From Dicyema japonicum (taxonomy: Eukaryota > Animalia > Dicyemida): a stretch of DNA of 64,000 nucleotides. The stretch is from assembly GCA_011109175.1 (NCBI GenBank), contig RDEW01000001.1, forward strand, positions 806,592 to 870,591, written 5' to 3'. Made by a program: the position numbers and the translations under genes. The notes under the pieces were generated by a model, which saw only the letters and a program-made list of their open reading frames with translations, ran no database searches and was not told where the DNA came from. Position 1 is the stretch's first letter, and each line of letters opens with the position of its first letter. Positions 1 through 12,602 of this stretch are shown here, piece after piece.

Positions 1-469
1 TCTAAAGGCTTTTCCCTTCAATAATGGATTATTTATCAGTTTTTTATTTACCTCAATACTTGAATAACTCGTGTCACTTAGTTGAATTCACGTGGGACTC
101 CAATTGTTTGTTTTGAGGAGAGGAAAGGCTTAAATCTTTAAAAAATCATAAACTCACCAAAGTTTAAAATCTCATGTACTTGAGCTTTTAACACATTCTC
201 ACGACTTTCTGGCCCTAAAGGATACTACAAGTTAACATTCTTGGGGAGATCGAGAGTGTGGTTACCGAATATTATACAAAAAGAAGACTCCGATAAGTAA
301 CCTTATTATCTCACCTATAGTTTTTTCCTATATTCAATAATTGATTTTTTATTTGTCCTCTATTTCTTTATTTGTCTTACTTTTTTAATTTGTCGTTTAA
401 CCGTTGTTTTTATTTTTATTTATTTAACCCCAAGACCACCAGGAAAGATATGTCAAAACTAACTAATTA

Positions 470-2600
470 AGTGATCCTAGCTTCCAGCAACATCCGAACT
501 CTCTTCAATTGGTCTTCTGATGATCCAACCGCAATTCGGAAGCGTCTTCTCTTGCTTTTGCAAAAGAATTCAATCGGCGTGCACTTTTTTATTACAGACC
601 GAAATTCCTCAACATGGGCCACCTTTTAGGTTAAAGTCACTAATTTTTAGTAAGATATGACACTGTTATTATTAGCATCATATTTAAGATATTAATAACT
701 ACCACGTGTACTGAAGCCACCTTTTAGGTTAAAGTCACTAATTTTTAGTAAGATATGACACTGTTATTATTAGCATCATATTTAAGATATTAATAACTAC
801 CACGTGTACTGATTGTGGTTTGACTATTGGAGAGATTAGTACTTTCAAAGTAATTTATTTATAAATCTCTTATTAACTATCCACTGTTAATGAGTGTAAC
901 TCAGCCATTTTGTGATTTTATAGGGCATTGATATAATTATTTTTCACTAATCATACTCGGTTGTTTCATTACCATTTAGTAGGCCAATGACACATCAAAG
1001 TTTTTAAAATGTTGATTTTGTTACTCTTTTAGAACAAGTTAAAGTTATTATTACCAACATAGAATCATATGTTATAGTTATACACGTGCATGGATGATTT
1101 TTTAATTGATTCAGACTCCTTCGATCACCAAAGTTGTTCTGCTAATAGTTGAGCTCATTTCCTGTTTTTTACGCTTTTGAAGTCACGTTTTATTTGCTTA
1201 GAGTTGATTTGAGTCTTTACCAGTGCGTTATTGTCTTTTCTGACATTGGTTTTAATCTACTTGTTAGACTTCTTTGTCGCTGATTCGTCAACAAATTTAT
1301 AACGATTAACATTTTTCAAGTCAAAAAATGTTTTCTTTTTAGCTATGGTGTTGTAGTCATTTCGATACAGGACAATTTTCACCTGTAGTTTGAGAGAAGG
1401 TCAGTTTAAAATTAGGTAATGTTGTTCTATCATTAAAGATATAAGATGCTATCATATTTGTTATTTTTGAGAATTACAAGGTTTTCCGTATAAATATTAG
1501 GTTTCCTGTACCATAATGGATGATCAGCATTTTTAACAGCACATTAAAGGAGAGCCATTTAAGGAAAGAACAGTTATGATAACTAATCGTACAGGGAAAA
1601 CCAAAAAATGCTCTCCCTCTTTTTTCTTTTTGTTATGTGATGTCCTTTGTAGACGACCCGGTTTCGCAGTGATATGTTCACTGATTACGGCGTCATTCGT
1701 CAAGCCAAAGCATTTAAGATAAGTGGAACATTCAACCGCAATATACAGCAGCGGGGTTTGAACTAGGACCATAAGGCCTCTTACCCAGTCCTCGTTGCAC
1801 AACACTAAGATCCGCATTTAGTATTGATAATTCTGTATTTTTTTGACAAAAAACGATAAATACTCCGTAAAAATTACAATTGTAAATTCTTTCAATGTTC
1901 ATCGGTACTAAGATTTCAAAATATTTCGCGGAGAATGGGAAATTATTACGAGTCTTCTTGTAGCAGATCCAGAGAGTAGTGATCACTCCTCCCGACATGA
2001 ATGTAGATTCTCTGATGGTTGTGCAATCTGGAAATTTAAGGGAAAGTGATAACTTTGACACAGAATATTTATAACTTGCTTTTTAGCTGTATGAAAGATA
2101 GGAATTTGTGTTGGTTTAATTTCCACGGAGATTACTTATTGAATACATGCTTTATATTACACAAACTAACATTTGATTAACCAACTATGAGTCAAATTCA
2201 TCTTATTCTCTTCTTAATCCTTTGGATATAAGCTCATTGAGTTTTCATAAAGAGCAGAGTTACCTTTAGCAATATCCTGTACTTTAATAACCATCCTCAT
2301 TTTTGCCCTTTGTAGTTTAATAGCATTGATATCTGAAATGTCCTCACTCTGAATATAAAAATAATAAATACTTATATGCGGGCCATATTCTCTAAGATTC
2401 CCAAGCAGTGGTTACTATTTCTGAGGAAAGGTTGATCATTGAATTCAAAGTAATGCGTAATAAGTGCAACCATAATCAGTCGATATACTCTTCCCCTTTT
2501 CAAGAGAGTTCTTAAATACAAAAGAAGGTCTTCCAATATGTTGTGAGGTAATAAAGTAATAGCTTTAATAATAAACAGAGTAACTTTTCAACACAAGGAT
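470..2600 (-). pseudogene. Probable degraded spliced gene(s), product unknown; interrupted by a SINE at 1550-1815
   Basis: Minus-strand open stretches with protein-like composition (AITLLPHNILEDLLLYLRTLLKRG...; terminal VAHVEEFRSVIKKCTPIEFFCKSKRRRFRIAVG...EARIT*), separated by stops, frameshifts and short GT..AG segments. No family recognised. Confidence 0.25.
1550..1815 (-). mobile_element. tRNA-derived SINE, family A, diverged copy
   Basis: Shares blocks (aagaacagtta, a-gaatgctct, cggcgtca-tcgtcaa, acagcagcg) with copies at 11330 and 26456; degenerate B-box on the minus strand. Confidence 0.7.
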
Positions 2601-4157
2601 TTATATCTTCCAAAAGACAGACCTTATCAATATTACTAGCTATTAACACAATCGACTAAATTATTGAAAATTATACCCCTAATTTACAACCTCTTCCAAT
2701 ATAGAAATACAAATGAGCGCTCCAGCCATCTGACCACTTACTGTAATAAAAAAGAGTACAGCAGTATAACTCATAAAGACGAGTTATTTCCACATGACCT
2801 GAGTTATCCTGACATTTGTTGCATCTAAATTATTATTATATAAACATCTGTTTCTAATGTGGAAAGTGACGATACAGTCTCTGATTGACCACAGTGGAAT
2901 AAAATTTGATCAAGATTGGGCTGATTGTAAACTAAAATTACTCTAATGACGATATTATTAGTGGCATCTGTTCTGAAAAGTTGTCGTGGAATATTTTGTC
3001 CAGCCAATCGTTAATCACTCCATATCGTTCACTTTGAGATTCTTTGTGTTTGTTATTAATACTTGTCTGTTTTGAAAGATGTATTCGTTCTTTACTTTTT
3101 CGAGACACTCTTCCAGTCGAAGAAGAAAAGTCAGTGATATTCTCAGGTTTTTTGAAGCAATGAGAATCGACTTTGCAGTTTTAACCTACATGAGTAAGAT
3201 TGACTAAATCCTGGTGAGAACAGCAAGCCACAATTGTGGATGTGATTTGTTCGGTATGCTTAAATTTTGGTAATAGTTGTTGGAGGCTAAAGAATAGATT
3301 CTGATTGTTTGTGAGTTCTTACACAGCATCCTGTCGTTCCATGCTGTCCCGTATTCTATGTGAATAAGAATTCTACCGAAAGATGGCTGGAGGATGTTGC
3401 ACGCAGTAATCTAAACCCAATCTTTGTTCTGGTGTGGTCGAGGACGGAAAGCAAGGTCGTGTTCTTTTTCCCGTCCCTGAGATAGTACAAAAGTTCTAAA
3501 TTGTGAGCAATTTTAGAATCTAATTACAGTTAAATACAAACCAATGAGAGTTGTGTTAGTGACTGCTTTAAACTCTACCTTGAGTGATGAGTTGAGTAAG
3601 TCAAATCAATAAAACACAACATAGCATTAGCAGCAGCAAGTGCATAGTATCAAAATAAAACCAATTGTTACTTATTCTCCTCCTGGTGAACCACATGGGA
3701 ATAATCACTCATTACTAGTCTTGTTATCTTCGAAAAATCAGATAAATAAATACTATCGATAAAGTTAATGTTAGATTCACCCATATTCTCCCTTATAACA
3801 TTCACTGCGTTTGTCTTTGTGGACATCATTTGGTACAGACAAAATCACTTGATTGCAAAATGTTGCAGTAAATTATTAAACAAAAATAACAGAGTGTGTC
3901 GAAAAATGTATGAGAGTGAGAATAGGGTGCTCTTTAGGCTCAGTTGAGGAAATTCCAACTTCTACACTTGCCAGAACTCTGCATTCGCTTGCTAACGGAA
4001 TTTAAGATTATATAGTACCTAGAATTGACTTGGATGGTTGGCTTTTTACTCAATGTGGACTGGTTTATTCTGTTCCTGATAGCCTTATATACTTTAAATT
4101 TCTCTTTTGAATGAATTAAAGTTGGAAAGTGATGTCGGATTGGGAGTTAATAATTCA
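2600..4157 (-). pseudogene. MSH4: MutS homolog 4 (meiotic MutS-gamma), intron-retaining pseudogene; no ATPase domain found
   Basis: After removing introns 3992-4018 (27 nt), 3520-3541 (22 nt) and 3356-3376 (21 nt): SECRVLASVEVGISSTEPKEHPIL; YYALAAANAMLCFID; SLKVEFKAVTNTTLIDSKIAHNLELL...TTLLSVLDHTRTKIGFRLLRA; ERQDAV*ELTNNQNLFFSLQQLLPKFKHTEQ. These are colinear with the MSH4 motifs EGRGLARGEIG, YYCLAA, IDSSSAQNLELL, TLFGVLNYTKT, LFFGLQ. Frameshifts and a TAA are present, and no GPNMSGKST P-loop is seen. The 3' boundary is approximate. Confidence 0.85.
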
Positions 4158-4224
4158 TTAAAATATAATTAAATTCACACACCACAGTATTCCATTTAAA
4201 AAATATTTCCCTCCTAAAATATAA

Positions 4225-4290
4225 TACCGAGGAACTCGTTCGCAATCCACGCAGCAGGCTTCCTCAACTGATATTTGTTTAATTGTTTAA
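4225..4290 (+). mobile_element. CRE-clade retroelement 3' terminal fragment
   Basis: Nearly identical to 55825-55887 (ggaactcgttcgcaatccacgcagcaggcttcctcaactga). Confidence 0.75.
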
Positions 4291-4439
4291 ACATTTTGAA
4301 ATATAATACTTTATTTAAAAATAAGTTCAATTTAAAAAAAAATTTTTGTTTCGGTGCTGGTTTCAAGACCATTGGTGCTGGTGCCACGACCATTGACGCT
4401 ACTTACGTTTTCGCAAGTCGAAAGAGTTTTCAATGCCAA

Positions 4440-4705
4440 GATACACAATACAAGGCCATATTACAAGACGATCCGAAGATACACATTACAAGGGACATAC
4501 TACAAGACGAAGGAACCTATTCACTTCGAGTGAATCTCCTCAAGACAAATAAACATATTACAAACGAAGGAACCCATTACATGGTGGAGAAACGTATTAC
4601 AAGTCGGAAGGATATGTTCACAATTACGAAGGAACCCATTATACTGTGGAGAAGCATATCACAAGTCGGAAGGATTATTCACAATTACGAAGAAACCTAT
4701 TGAAA
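4440..4705 (+). repeat. Degenerate ~60-63 bp tandem repeat, likely a decayed Tyr/Gly/His-rich protein repeat
   Basis: ACGAAGGAACC anchors at 4507, 4564, 4626 and 4687. Frame-corrected unit approximates YEGTHYxGGETYYKSEGYVHN. Confidence 0.6.
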
Positions 4706-4722
4706 GCGCAGTAGACGAAGGG

Positions 4723-5163
4723 TCAAAATCTCTGGATATTCTCCAAGTTGGACCTGGTACCCACAACAATTGAATCCCTACATTCGAATCCGGGTCTACA
4801 CGGAACTTTGTCATCGTGCGGACTTTGATCCCTACAGGACCTGGGTCTATAGTAGATGTACATACTAGAGTTGGGACCTACCGAGGGTACCCATACCAAA
4901 TGTTCCCTACATTCGAATTGGGTTCTACGAAAGACTTTGTCAACCACATTATTGGTCCCTAGAAGGCGGCTTGGAAAAAAAACATACTGGGGGAAGGGAC
5001 CTACTAAGGGAGAACTAACTGGAGATGGGCTTACTAGCTTTGTACCTACTACGCTCTGGATATAAGGGCAGGATTCATGGGATCCAACACTAGGACGAAA
5101 TTCAACCAACGATAGAAGATAACTAAATGGAGTGTGGATACATCGGAAGTGTCCAGGCCGCAT
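4723..5163 (-). CDS. Hypothetical ORF with an internal 43-aa (129 bp) repeat
   Basis: 146-aa open frame; ccctacattcgaat...actttgtca at 4776 and 4905 gives DKVxxRxxFECR twice, in frame. Confidence 0.3.
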   Translation of the reverse strand: MRPGHFRCIHTPFSYLLSLVEFRPSVGSHESCPYIQSVVGTKLVSPSPVSSPLVGPFPQYVFFPSRLLGTNNVVDKVFRRTQFECREHLVWVPSVGPNSSMYIYYRPRSCRDQSPHDDKVPCRPGFECRDSIVVGTRSNLENIQRF

Positions 5164-5689
5164 AGGCGGACACGTATAAATATCCTTAAAATAACTCCTT
5201 AATTACTTTGGAATAAATTTGGTTTTCGGTTTTCGGTCTATTCACATTAAGGAAACCGGTATATAACAGGAATGTTACACCAAGGGCGGGCTCTCCCAAA
5301 TATTCGAAGATGTATCTAGTATAGCGCAGAACTAGAATGCTGACCCGGACAAGAGAAGAGGCGGTATGCTGGTCATCTAAAAGGCAGAAGTGGCAAAGTG
5401 GCGAAGCCGATTGTCCAAATTCTTTTAAGCCTATATAGTAACCTCTGAGGAGACGCGTTCAATTTAAATATAAACGATTTTATTATAGGAGTGGTTTTTT
5501 GGCATAACCTCATGTCTGCCCTGAGCAAGCTGGATGTGGAAAACGTTTCGTGGTTTCTTAACTCTGAGAGTCCTCTGTGATGACCCCTGAAAACAGGAAC
5601 AACTTTCCAGTTGTAACTTTACAGCATAGGTTTAAGAAAGGTCACTCTACACAAATCACATCCTAACAAACTAAATAATAAGGGAATGA

Positions 5690-6540
5690 AATGCAAACCT
5701 GTAATCAAAAGTTTCTAATATGATGTTTTGGCAAACAGAAGGTTTTTGACTCCCGAGGAAATTACTTAAAAATGATCTTTATTTCTGACATTCTTAACAA
5801 ATTGAAAATTTTGATTGCAAACCTTTTTAACGGACGAAGTGGAAGGGTAGGCGCACGTTCTATGAAATCGTTATCTATATTTCTGCCAGACGGTGTCCCA
5901 CAGTAATCTCACCTATTTTGTTCAATCTTTTCCTGAACAATATACCTACCATTACCATCGCCGATAGGCTGGTTTTGCGTATTGTGACGATGTAATCATC
6001 ACATCAAGACACCAATGTGTTCACATTGCGGCTGCCCTCTTACAGGATTTATCAGACCATCTGAGTTATGGGAAACCTATTATACACAAGTCTTGAAAAA
6101 TCATACACAATGGTTTTACCTCAAATAGAAGACTATCTCTGTATTGCTCTTAACTCTTAATTAAGATTTTATCCCCTCCACAAACTCTTCCAAGTAACTC
6201 TTGGTCAAATTCAGTTGACCAATAAAAACTAAACTTTGTAAAATGAACTTTGTCAAAACACTCCTTGGACAATAAAAAGATTGTTTCAACTGAACAATAA
6301 GCTCACTATTACAACCGACAATTAGCTGTGATGCATTGAAGATCAACTGTAAAATACAAATCTAAAGACCGTATTCTTTAAAGCAAACCTTCTCCACTTG
6401 GCTGTAAAATTAACTCCTTTCGAGGTCTTTTTGAGGAGAACACGATTAGGAAGTGCGTCAGATCGAAATTATACCAAAGATCTAGGATAAAACCAAAATA
6501 CCAATCCCGTGATAATGACGCGTTCCAGTAGAGCCCTTGT
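5690..6540 (+). mobile_element. Decayed non-LTR (Jockey/I-like) reverse transcriptase
   Basis: GVPQ..ISPILFNLFLNNIP...FAYCDDVII motifs with many lesions. Confidence 0.7.
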
Positions 6541-6559
6541 CGAATGCAGTCATCTAGAG

Positions 6560-7330
6560 CAGGCATGTCAAACTCAAAAGGCTCCACGAGCCGCATAAGA
6601 TAATTTGAATTTACAAGCGGGCCACACTAACAAATCTGAAAAACACCGTAATCTTATTGAGTGTATTTAATAATTTGCAATCCTACCACAACAACTATAT
6701 TACGATGACACTAAGCCAAATATAACAACTTATTATTAAAGTAAAGTTGTTATGACAGGTCTCCATTATGGCCTGCAGGCATTGAGCACGCGATGGGAGT
6801 TACCTCTCATAATCGAGAGACCAACTTTCTGGAAATATAGCAATTGATATTATTTTAAAAAAATTATAAAATCACTCTTTCTGACTGAAATGTATTACTG
6901 CCCTGTCATAGGCACTGATAAAAACTGCAAGCTGTGCTACTTCAGTGATGTCAACGGTATCATCAATAGCAAAAGAAAGGTGTTCACAAATTTAGATGAT
7001 GTAGTCTTCAACCGTTGTTTCAAATTATCTGTAATCATCAATCTGTCCAGCAGCAGTGTTCCTGGTTAATGGAGTGTTCTGACATAACTGTGTATTCCAT
7101 GGGCAAACAATATCAGATTTCTTACCATCAATGCTTTATAAATCTCCTTCAATGTAAAATTTGTCACCCATTGGGACCATTCGGCTAAGTTCATAGCTCG
7201 CAGTAACAGAAGCTACATTGGCTTGCTCTATTTTTGTAAAGCATTCGATGGTTAGTTTCATAATGTCTTTTTAAGCTTTACTCTTGGTGTGGCAATGCTG
7301 TTGTTGCAAACTAAAAAATGTATCTTTGGA
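6560..7330 (-). mobile_element. hAT/Buster (Charlie-type) DNA transposon remnant, GTF2IRD2/ZBED5-like transposase
   Basis: TIR CAGGCATGTCAAAC at 6560, preceded by target-like atcTAgag. Minus strand encodes ASYELSRMV, PLTRNTAAGQID and LSFAIDDTVDITEVAQLAVFI (family motif FSLALDESTDITDTAQLAIFIR). Confidence 0.8.
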
Positions 7331-8460
7331 TGTAAAAAAGTACTATAGTTTACATTTTTCTTTAAATAACCGTCTTTACTTTAGTCTCCTATCCTATCAG
7401 CTGAAGATGTTATTCTAAATTTAGCAAGTTTGCGCTGTGCATAGAAAGACAATTAATATAATTATTTATTTTTTAATTTAATTAATATAATAATCGAAAC
7501 GATTCCACAAAAGCAATTTATTATTGTTATAAAATTTGTTAAAATTATCGCCAATAAATTAAACAATTTAAGTATAATGTTATGCACGTAAGCGCCCAAT
7601 GCTCTTCCAAACACGCACCTTGTAGGACAGTATTGCTGCTATGGGAAATTTCGTATATAAGGGTGAACGTATAATTTAAACGTATGAACGTCTCTTGAAT
7701 AGCCTCCTTTCCGGATTCCAGCAAGCCGCTAGATCAATCAGATAAACTTGAAGCCATGAAGCACATCATATCATAACGAGATCGGTCGAGAGGCAAACCT
7801 ATGTCACGGCTTATGAATTATTCATTTGACAGCAGAAAGGCTCAAATATAAAATAGCAAGTAACTCATGATCTTCGGTACACAGGAGGACCTTACGGGTC
7901 CTACCTAGTACGTCAGATCGGGTCAATTATTTAAAAGGTCACCAAGGAAATCTCCGAGACATATCTCAAAAACTACAGTCGAGCAAAATCAGGTGCACTT
8001 TATTAAAAAAAATCTATTATTATTAAAAAATGATAAATGCGCAAAAGCACACTGAAAAAATATGCCGTAGGACAGCCCGTATGGAACGGTCCGTACTGGA
8101 AAGCGACCTACAGTGCAATATGCGGCAATCCAATAGATAAACTGTCTAAATGATAACAGTAAATCACGACCAGGTAAGTAAATTTTTTAGAATATGCTTC
8201 CTCCAAAAATCTAACTATATTGCTAAAATATTATAGCCAAAAGAATGCTTTTAAAATCAAAGGAATAAAGTAATTTTAGTTTTCAGATAATTATTCCTTA
8301 CTTTAATATCCCAATAAATTTTCAAAAGTATTTATATAAATAATGGTTAACCAATGTAAATGTCATTTAATATATAATAAAAAATGATTATTTTAATTTA
8401 TTTATCTTTTTAAATTAATTAGGTCAAAAAATGTATATAAATTTATTCAAATTTGTATTT

Positions 8461-8530
8461 GGCAGGCGGCACACTAGAAATTGTCTCGCGGCACACTAAG
8501 TGTGCCGCGGCAGCCGTTTGACAACCTCTG
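8461..8530 (-). mobile_element. hAT (Charlie-type) terminus with subterminal hairpin
   Basis: Reverse complement CAGAGGTTGTCAAAC, hairpin gcggcacact-aa-gtgtgccgc, flanking NNNTANNN 8-mer. Confidence 0.6.
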
Positions 8531-8699
8531 ATATAATATGTACACTCTAGAGATCGATGGAGGTTATTTGGACATATACTTGGATTGGACTTAAGGGTCC
8601 TGCGAGCGTGACTTCGGAGAACAACACTACGCCGACTTTAATCGATAGATAATTCTTAAACAACGATCTCTGAAGGATTAGGAAGCGTCTCATGTCCGG

Positions 8700-9088
8700 A
8701 GTCTTTATCGACGAACTATGCACACTGGCAACTAGAAATCTAAGAAACTGAATTTTTCGAGTTGCATGTGTCTTGTTTTGGGCAAAAGATAGAATGAAAA
8801 AAGAGAGGTGGGAGTTATTTTAACATATCCTTAAAATTCATGAACGATGCGATGGAAGCAAACCATTAGTGAACTCAGGGATATCGAGAATGACTCTTAT
8901 ACATATCCAAGAGAACCTAAGAGCTCTAAAAGCGAGATGACTTGACAACGAAATCAACAAAATCGCAACCTTGGGCGTTCCTCGACAGTCAGTATTCCGC
9001 GTAGTGTTCTACAAATGACGAGAAAATCTCAAACTTTCGAATAGTTCATGTAAATTTCATCTATCCTATGTCTTCCGTGAATTCACAC
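8700..9088 (+). repeat. Dispersed ~390 bp repeat, copy 1 (copy 2 at 15481-15873), origin unknown
   Basis: High identity by direct comparison (tttatcgacgaactatgcacactggcaactag ... gtcttccgtgaattcac). Confidence 0.8.
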
Positions 9089-11329
9089 GAGCAGGTACAT
9101 CCTTTCTTAAGTACATTTGTAATGGTTACCTTTTATGCTTAACCTGATCAAAGTAGAATTTGAGAATAAGAGACCCACGTGACTAGACATACTTTTACTA
9201 GTAATTGATAAGTCATTTATACACAACCATCAACATAGGTACGAAAGCCAAATAATTCTATCACGTAGACAACTGTCTGTTCGTCCTTCAATCATGATTT
9301 TGTTTTAAAGCCACGCTATCAACATTCTCCTAACAACTAAGAAGTTCGCACTAGCACGTGCTAGGTAACAGTTGGCAATAGAAACGTAAATTCTTATATC
9401 AAAAACTATATTCTATAGGATTCGCACAGGAAATTTCTATTATAAGTCACATGGGTGACTGTTGATCCCCCATTATTTTGTCACCTCGACGACCCATTCT
9501 CAAATGCTGACTCTGCGTCACAAAATAAGCTTAAATATACTAAATCTTGGAGATCGATTGCTCCTTTTCACAATCGCATTTTTAACTGCAATGACGGTAA
9601 AAATTATTATCTAAATAGTAAACTAAACTGTGGATCACAAGAGACTCTGATGAAGGGGCGGGATAGACACCACATGAATAATAGCGCCAGAAAACGTCAA
9701 AATCATCCCCATTGAGTTACAAAATGACGGAATATCTAATAACCAATCATATGGTTGAACTAATGACGCGACACTCCTAGAGAATATCCAAGGATCTACT
9801 TCTCAATAGGGGAAGTTTAAGGAGCCCTGTCTAGAGGCCACACAGTTAGTATGAATATATAATTGTTAGTAATAATGATAGAATATGTAGGCGTCATCAG
9901 TTAACTATAAAAATCATGATTACCCAAGAAAACAACACATAATATGCTATATTGGATAACTTCAACGAATGGATTAGTTCATTATACGACTAGACTAAGT
10001 AAGAATATTAATTTAAGCTAATAAACCGCAAAGGTACAACGTAGAAACACGTTTGAAATTTTAAATAAATTTATTTGTTTCTGGTTCAATAAATAAATTT
10101 AAATAAATTATTTATGTTTATCATATATATTAGCTAAAAAATATATTTAATTATAAACATTCTCAAAGTATTTATTGAATAAACCAAAAACTTTCAAAGT
10201 AGCTGGGAACGGTAGTTTTGCGCTCTCCGTAGCCATTACAAGCAAACGATTTGGTAGTTATAAAAGAATTCCTTTAGAAATAGCTAATAAATGGAAATTC
10301 TATTACAGATGTATGTAAATAATAATAGCTTAATATGTGGTAGATATGTCTAAGACAACCTTTACGTACCTGTATGATCTTATTTACTATTCAGACCAAG
10401 GTGGTCTTCACCGTTCCTTTCTCGTTTTTAAGTATCTAGATCACAATTTAGAACTTCGGGAAGCACAATACACGGACATCTGTGGAATCAAACGTATAGT
10501 GTCTTCCCAAACATACACCGTATTAATTATGTAAGTAAGAAAAAACGTGAAACTTTCTGAGATAGTCTCTGAATAATAACATCAGTTATTTAAGCAACTC
10601 ACACATGATCATGCTCGGAATATATCAGACTTTTAAAAAGAATACTAAAGTCACTGTAAAAATCTATTTTGAATCGGTCGCAGTAGAAACCTCTGGGTTA
10701 TTTAGTAGCAGGTCACAACCCTGGTAAACAGTATTGAATTGGTTATCATGATAAAAAAGAGGGATAAAATAGAAACCTCTGGGTTATTTAGTAGCAGGTC
10801 ACAACCCTGGTAAACAGTATTGAATTGGTTATCATGATAAAAAAGAGGGATAAAAGAAAGAAGTTGGATTATTGAGTGCAAATTCCTACAAATCGTGAAC
10901 GGAAATGCGTTTTCAATTCTGAAAGTGGCCACCCTCGACTGAGATAAAAATATTCCAAAAACCAGGGTGACTCAAAACTAACTACTCTCTCGATTCCGGC
11001 AAGCTCAAGCAAAAAACTCAACATGACCAATGCTCCTCTTACGAACCCACAAAATAAAGTACTGGATACTTAACAGAGTCCGTCTTTCAGTAGGATTTGA
11101 AAAGTACATCACCATCTAGATCTTCCCCAAATTAACCACCTGCTTGATTTTTCAATTTGAGAAAAAATCATCTGTAGATTAATTCCTATATAATCCCGTC
11201 AAATACATAACCTTGATGTCAATAATCATATTGACGTATTCAAACTCAGAATAAGGCTTCAAAAGTATTATTAATTTAATATTCAATATTAATTTGTAGC
11301 AAAAAAAAGTAAGCACTACCGCGTTGCCA

Positions 11330-11622
11330 TAAGCACGTAAGATGCCTAGGGTTTCGCTCGTACAGAACACACACTTTAAGTAAAGAACAGTTATTATAAC
11401 TATTCGTGGAGGGAGAACCAAGGAATGCTCTTTACTTCTTTGTTTTTTTCTTGGGTGTGTGTCCTTTTTGACTATCCAGTTCCGCAGCGAATTTCCACTG
11501 GCGTAACTCGTCAAGCCCTTTTCGCATCGTAGATGCAGGAACCTTCTACCAAATGAACAGCAGCGAGAATCGAACCTGGGAACTAAGCCACTTTTTCCCG
11601 TCACCTAACCGTGCCATCCGGC
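11330..11622 (-). mobile_element. tRNA-derived SINE, family A
   Basis: Head GCCGGATGGCACGGTTAGG, B-box GGTTCGATTC, body aligns with 26456-26788. Confidence 0.75.
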
Positions 11623-11725
11623 TTTATTTGTAGGTCATAATTATAGTCAGATAACAATTGATTTTTTTGAAAAAAAACCAGAATGCTGACTTTTCGTTCC
11701 AAATACTAGGTTTAAAAATTTATAG

Positions 11726-11990
11726 NNNNNNNNNNNNNNNNNNNNNNNNNNNNNNNNNNNNNNNNNNNNNNNNNNNNNNNNNNNNNNNNNNNNNNNNNNN
11801 NNNNNNNNNNNNNNNNNNNNNNNNNNNNNNNNNNNNNNNNNNNNNNNNNNNNNNNNNNNNNNNNNNNNNNNNNNNNNNNNNNNNNNNNNNNNNNNNNNNN
11901 NNNNNNNNNNNNNNNNNNNNNNNNNNNNNNNNNNNNNNNNNNNNNNNNNNNNNNNNNNNNNNNNNNNNNNNNNNNNNNNNNNNNNNNNNN
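11726..11990. other. Assembly gap with duplicated flanks
   Basis: N-run; 11671-11725 is repeated at 11991-12045. Other gaps: 35523-36161, 39453-39483, 46132-46956. Confidence 0.95.
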
Positions 11991-12602
11991 AAAAAAACCA
12001 GAATGCTGACTTTTCGTTCCAAATACTAGGTTTAAAAATTTATAGGAATAGTAATTCCACCAATGTTCCCCCTTCGTTGGATAAAGCGGTGATGTATATT
12101 CATCACAAAATTTCTTTTATGAATGGACAAAATGATGGACCACCGGTGGATCAACCGGCCGATAGCAAAATTAATCTTCATAATTACATTTTTAGCTGAT
12201 GGTCAAAAGATTGGGGTGGTGACTTAACTATATAACACTAATTATTGGGAGAGATCATTGATGGTTGGAGATCTTTCCTTCTCTTCCCGTTAGCAGAGAT
12301 CTTGTAATGGACTCGAACTCTCAATGCTTATTTATGCTGNTGGACAAAATAATAGACCACCGGTGGATCAACCGGCCGATAGCAAAATTAATCCTCATAA
12401 ATACATTTTTAGCTGATGGTCAGAAGATTGGGGTGGTGACGTAACTATATAGCACTAATTATTGGGAGAGATCATTGATGGTTGGAGATCTTTCCTTCTC
12501 TTCCCGTTAGCAGAGATCTTGTAATGGACTCGAACTCTCAATGCTCATATATATTTAAGCAAATAAACTAAAGATATAACTTTATTCGAATAAAGTTATA
12601 AT

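Noticed and set aside
2400-2600. RhoGAP-like helix pattern (LLPHNILEDLLLYL, LITHY)
   Set aside because: The NLAxVFGP signature and catalytic Arg region were not found.
4345-4400. FGAGFKTIGAGATTI resembling ATP synthase subunit c
   Set aside because: Only a short 21-bp repeat; the GxGxG and RNP motifs and the second helix are absent.
4500-4705. CRISPR-like repeat-spacer periodicity
   Set aside because: The intervening sequences are themselves homologous, the context is eukaryotic, and no cas genes are present.
7885-7930. piggyBac-like terminus
   Set aside because: No TTAA target site and no partner end or transposase.
6560-8530. One complete hAT element bounded by the two TIRs
   Set aside because: The TIRs and flanking 8-mers (atctagag vs atataata) differ, so these are probably ends of two separate elements.
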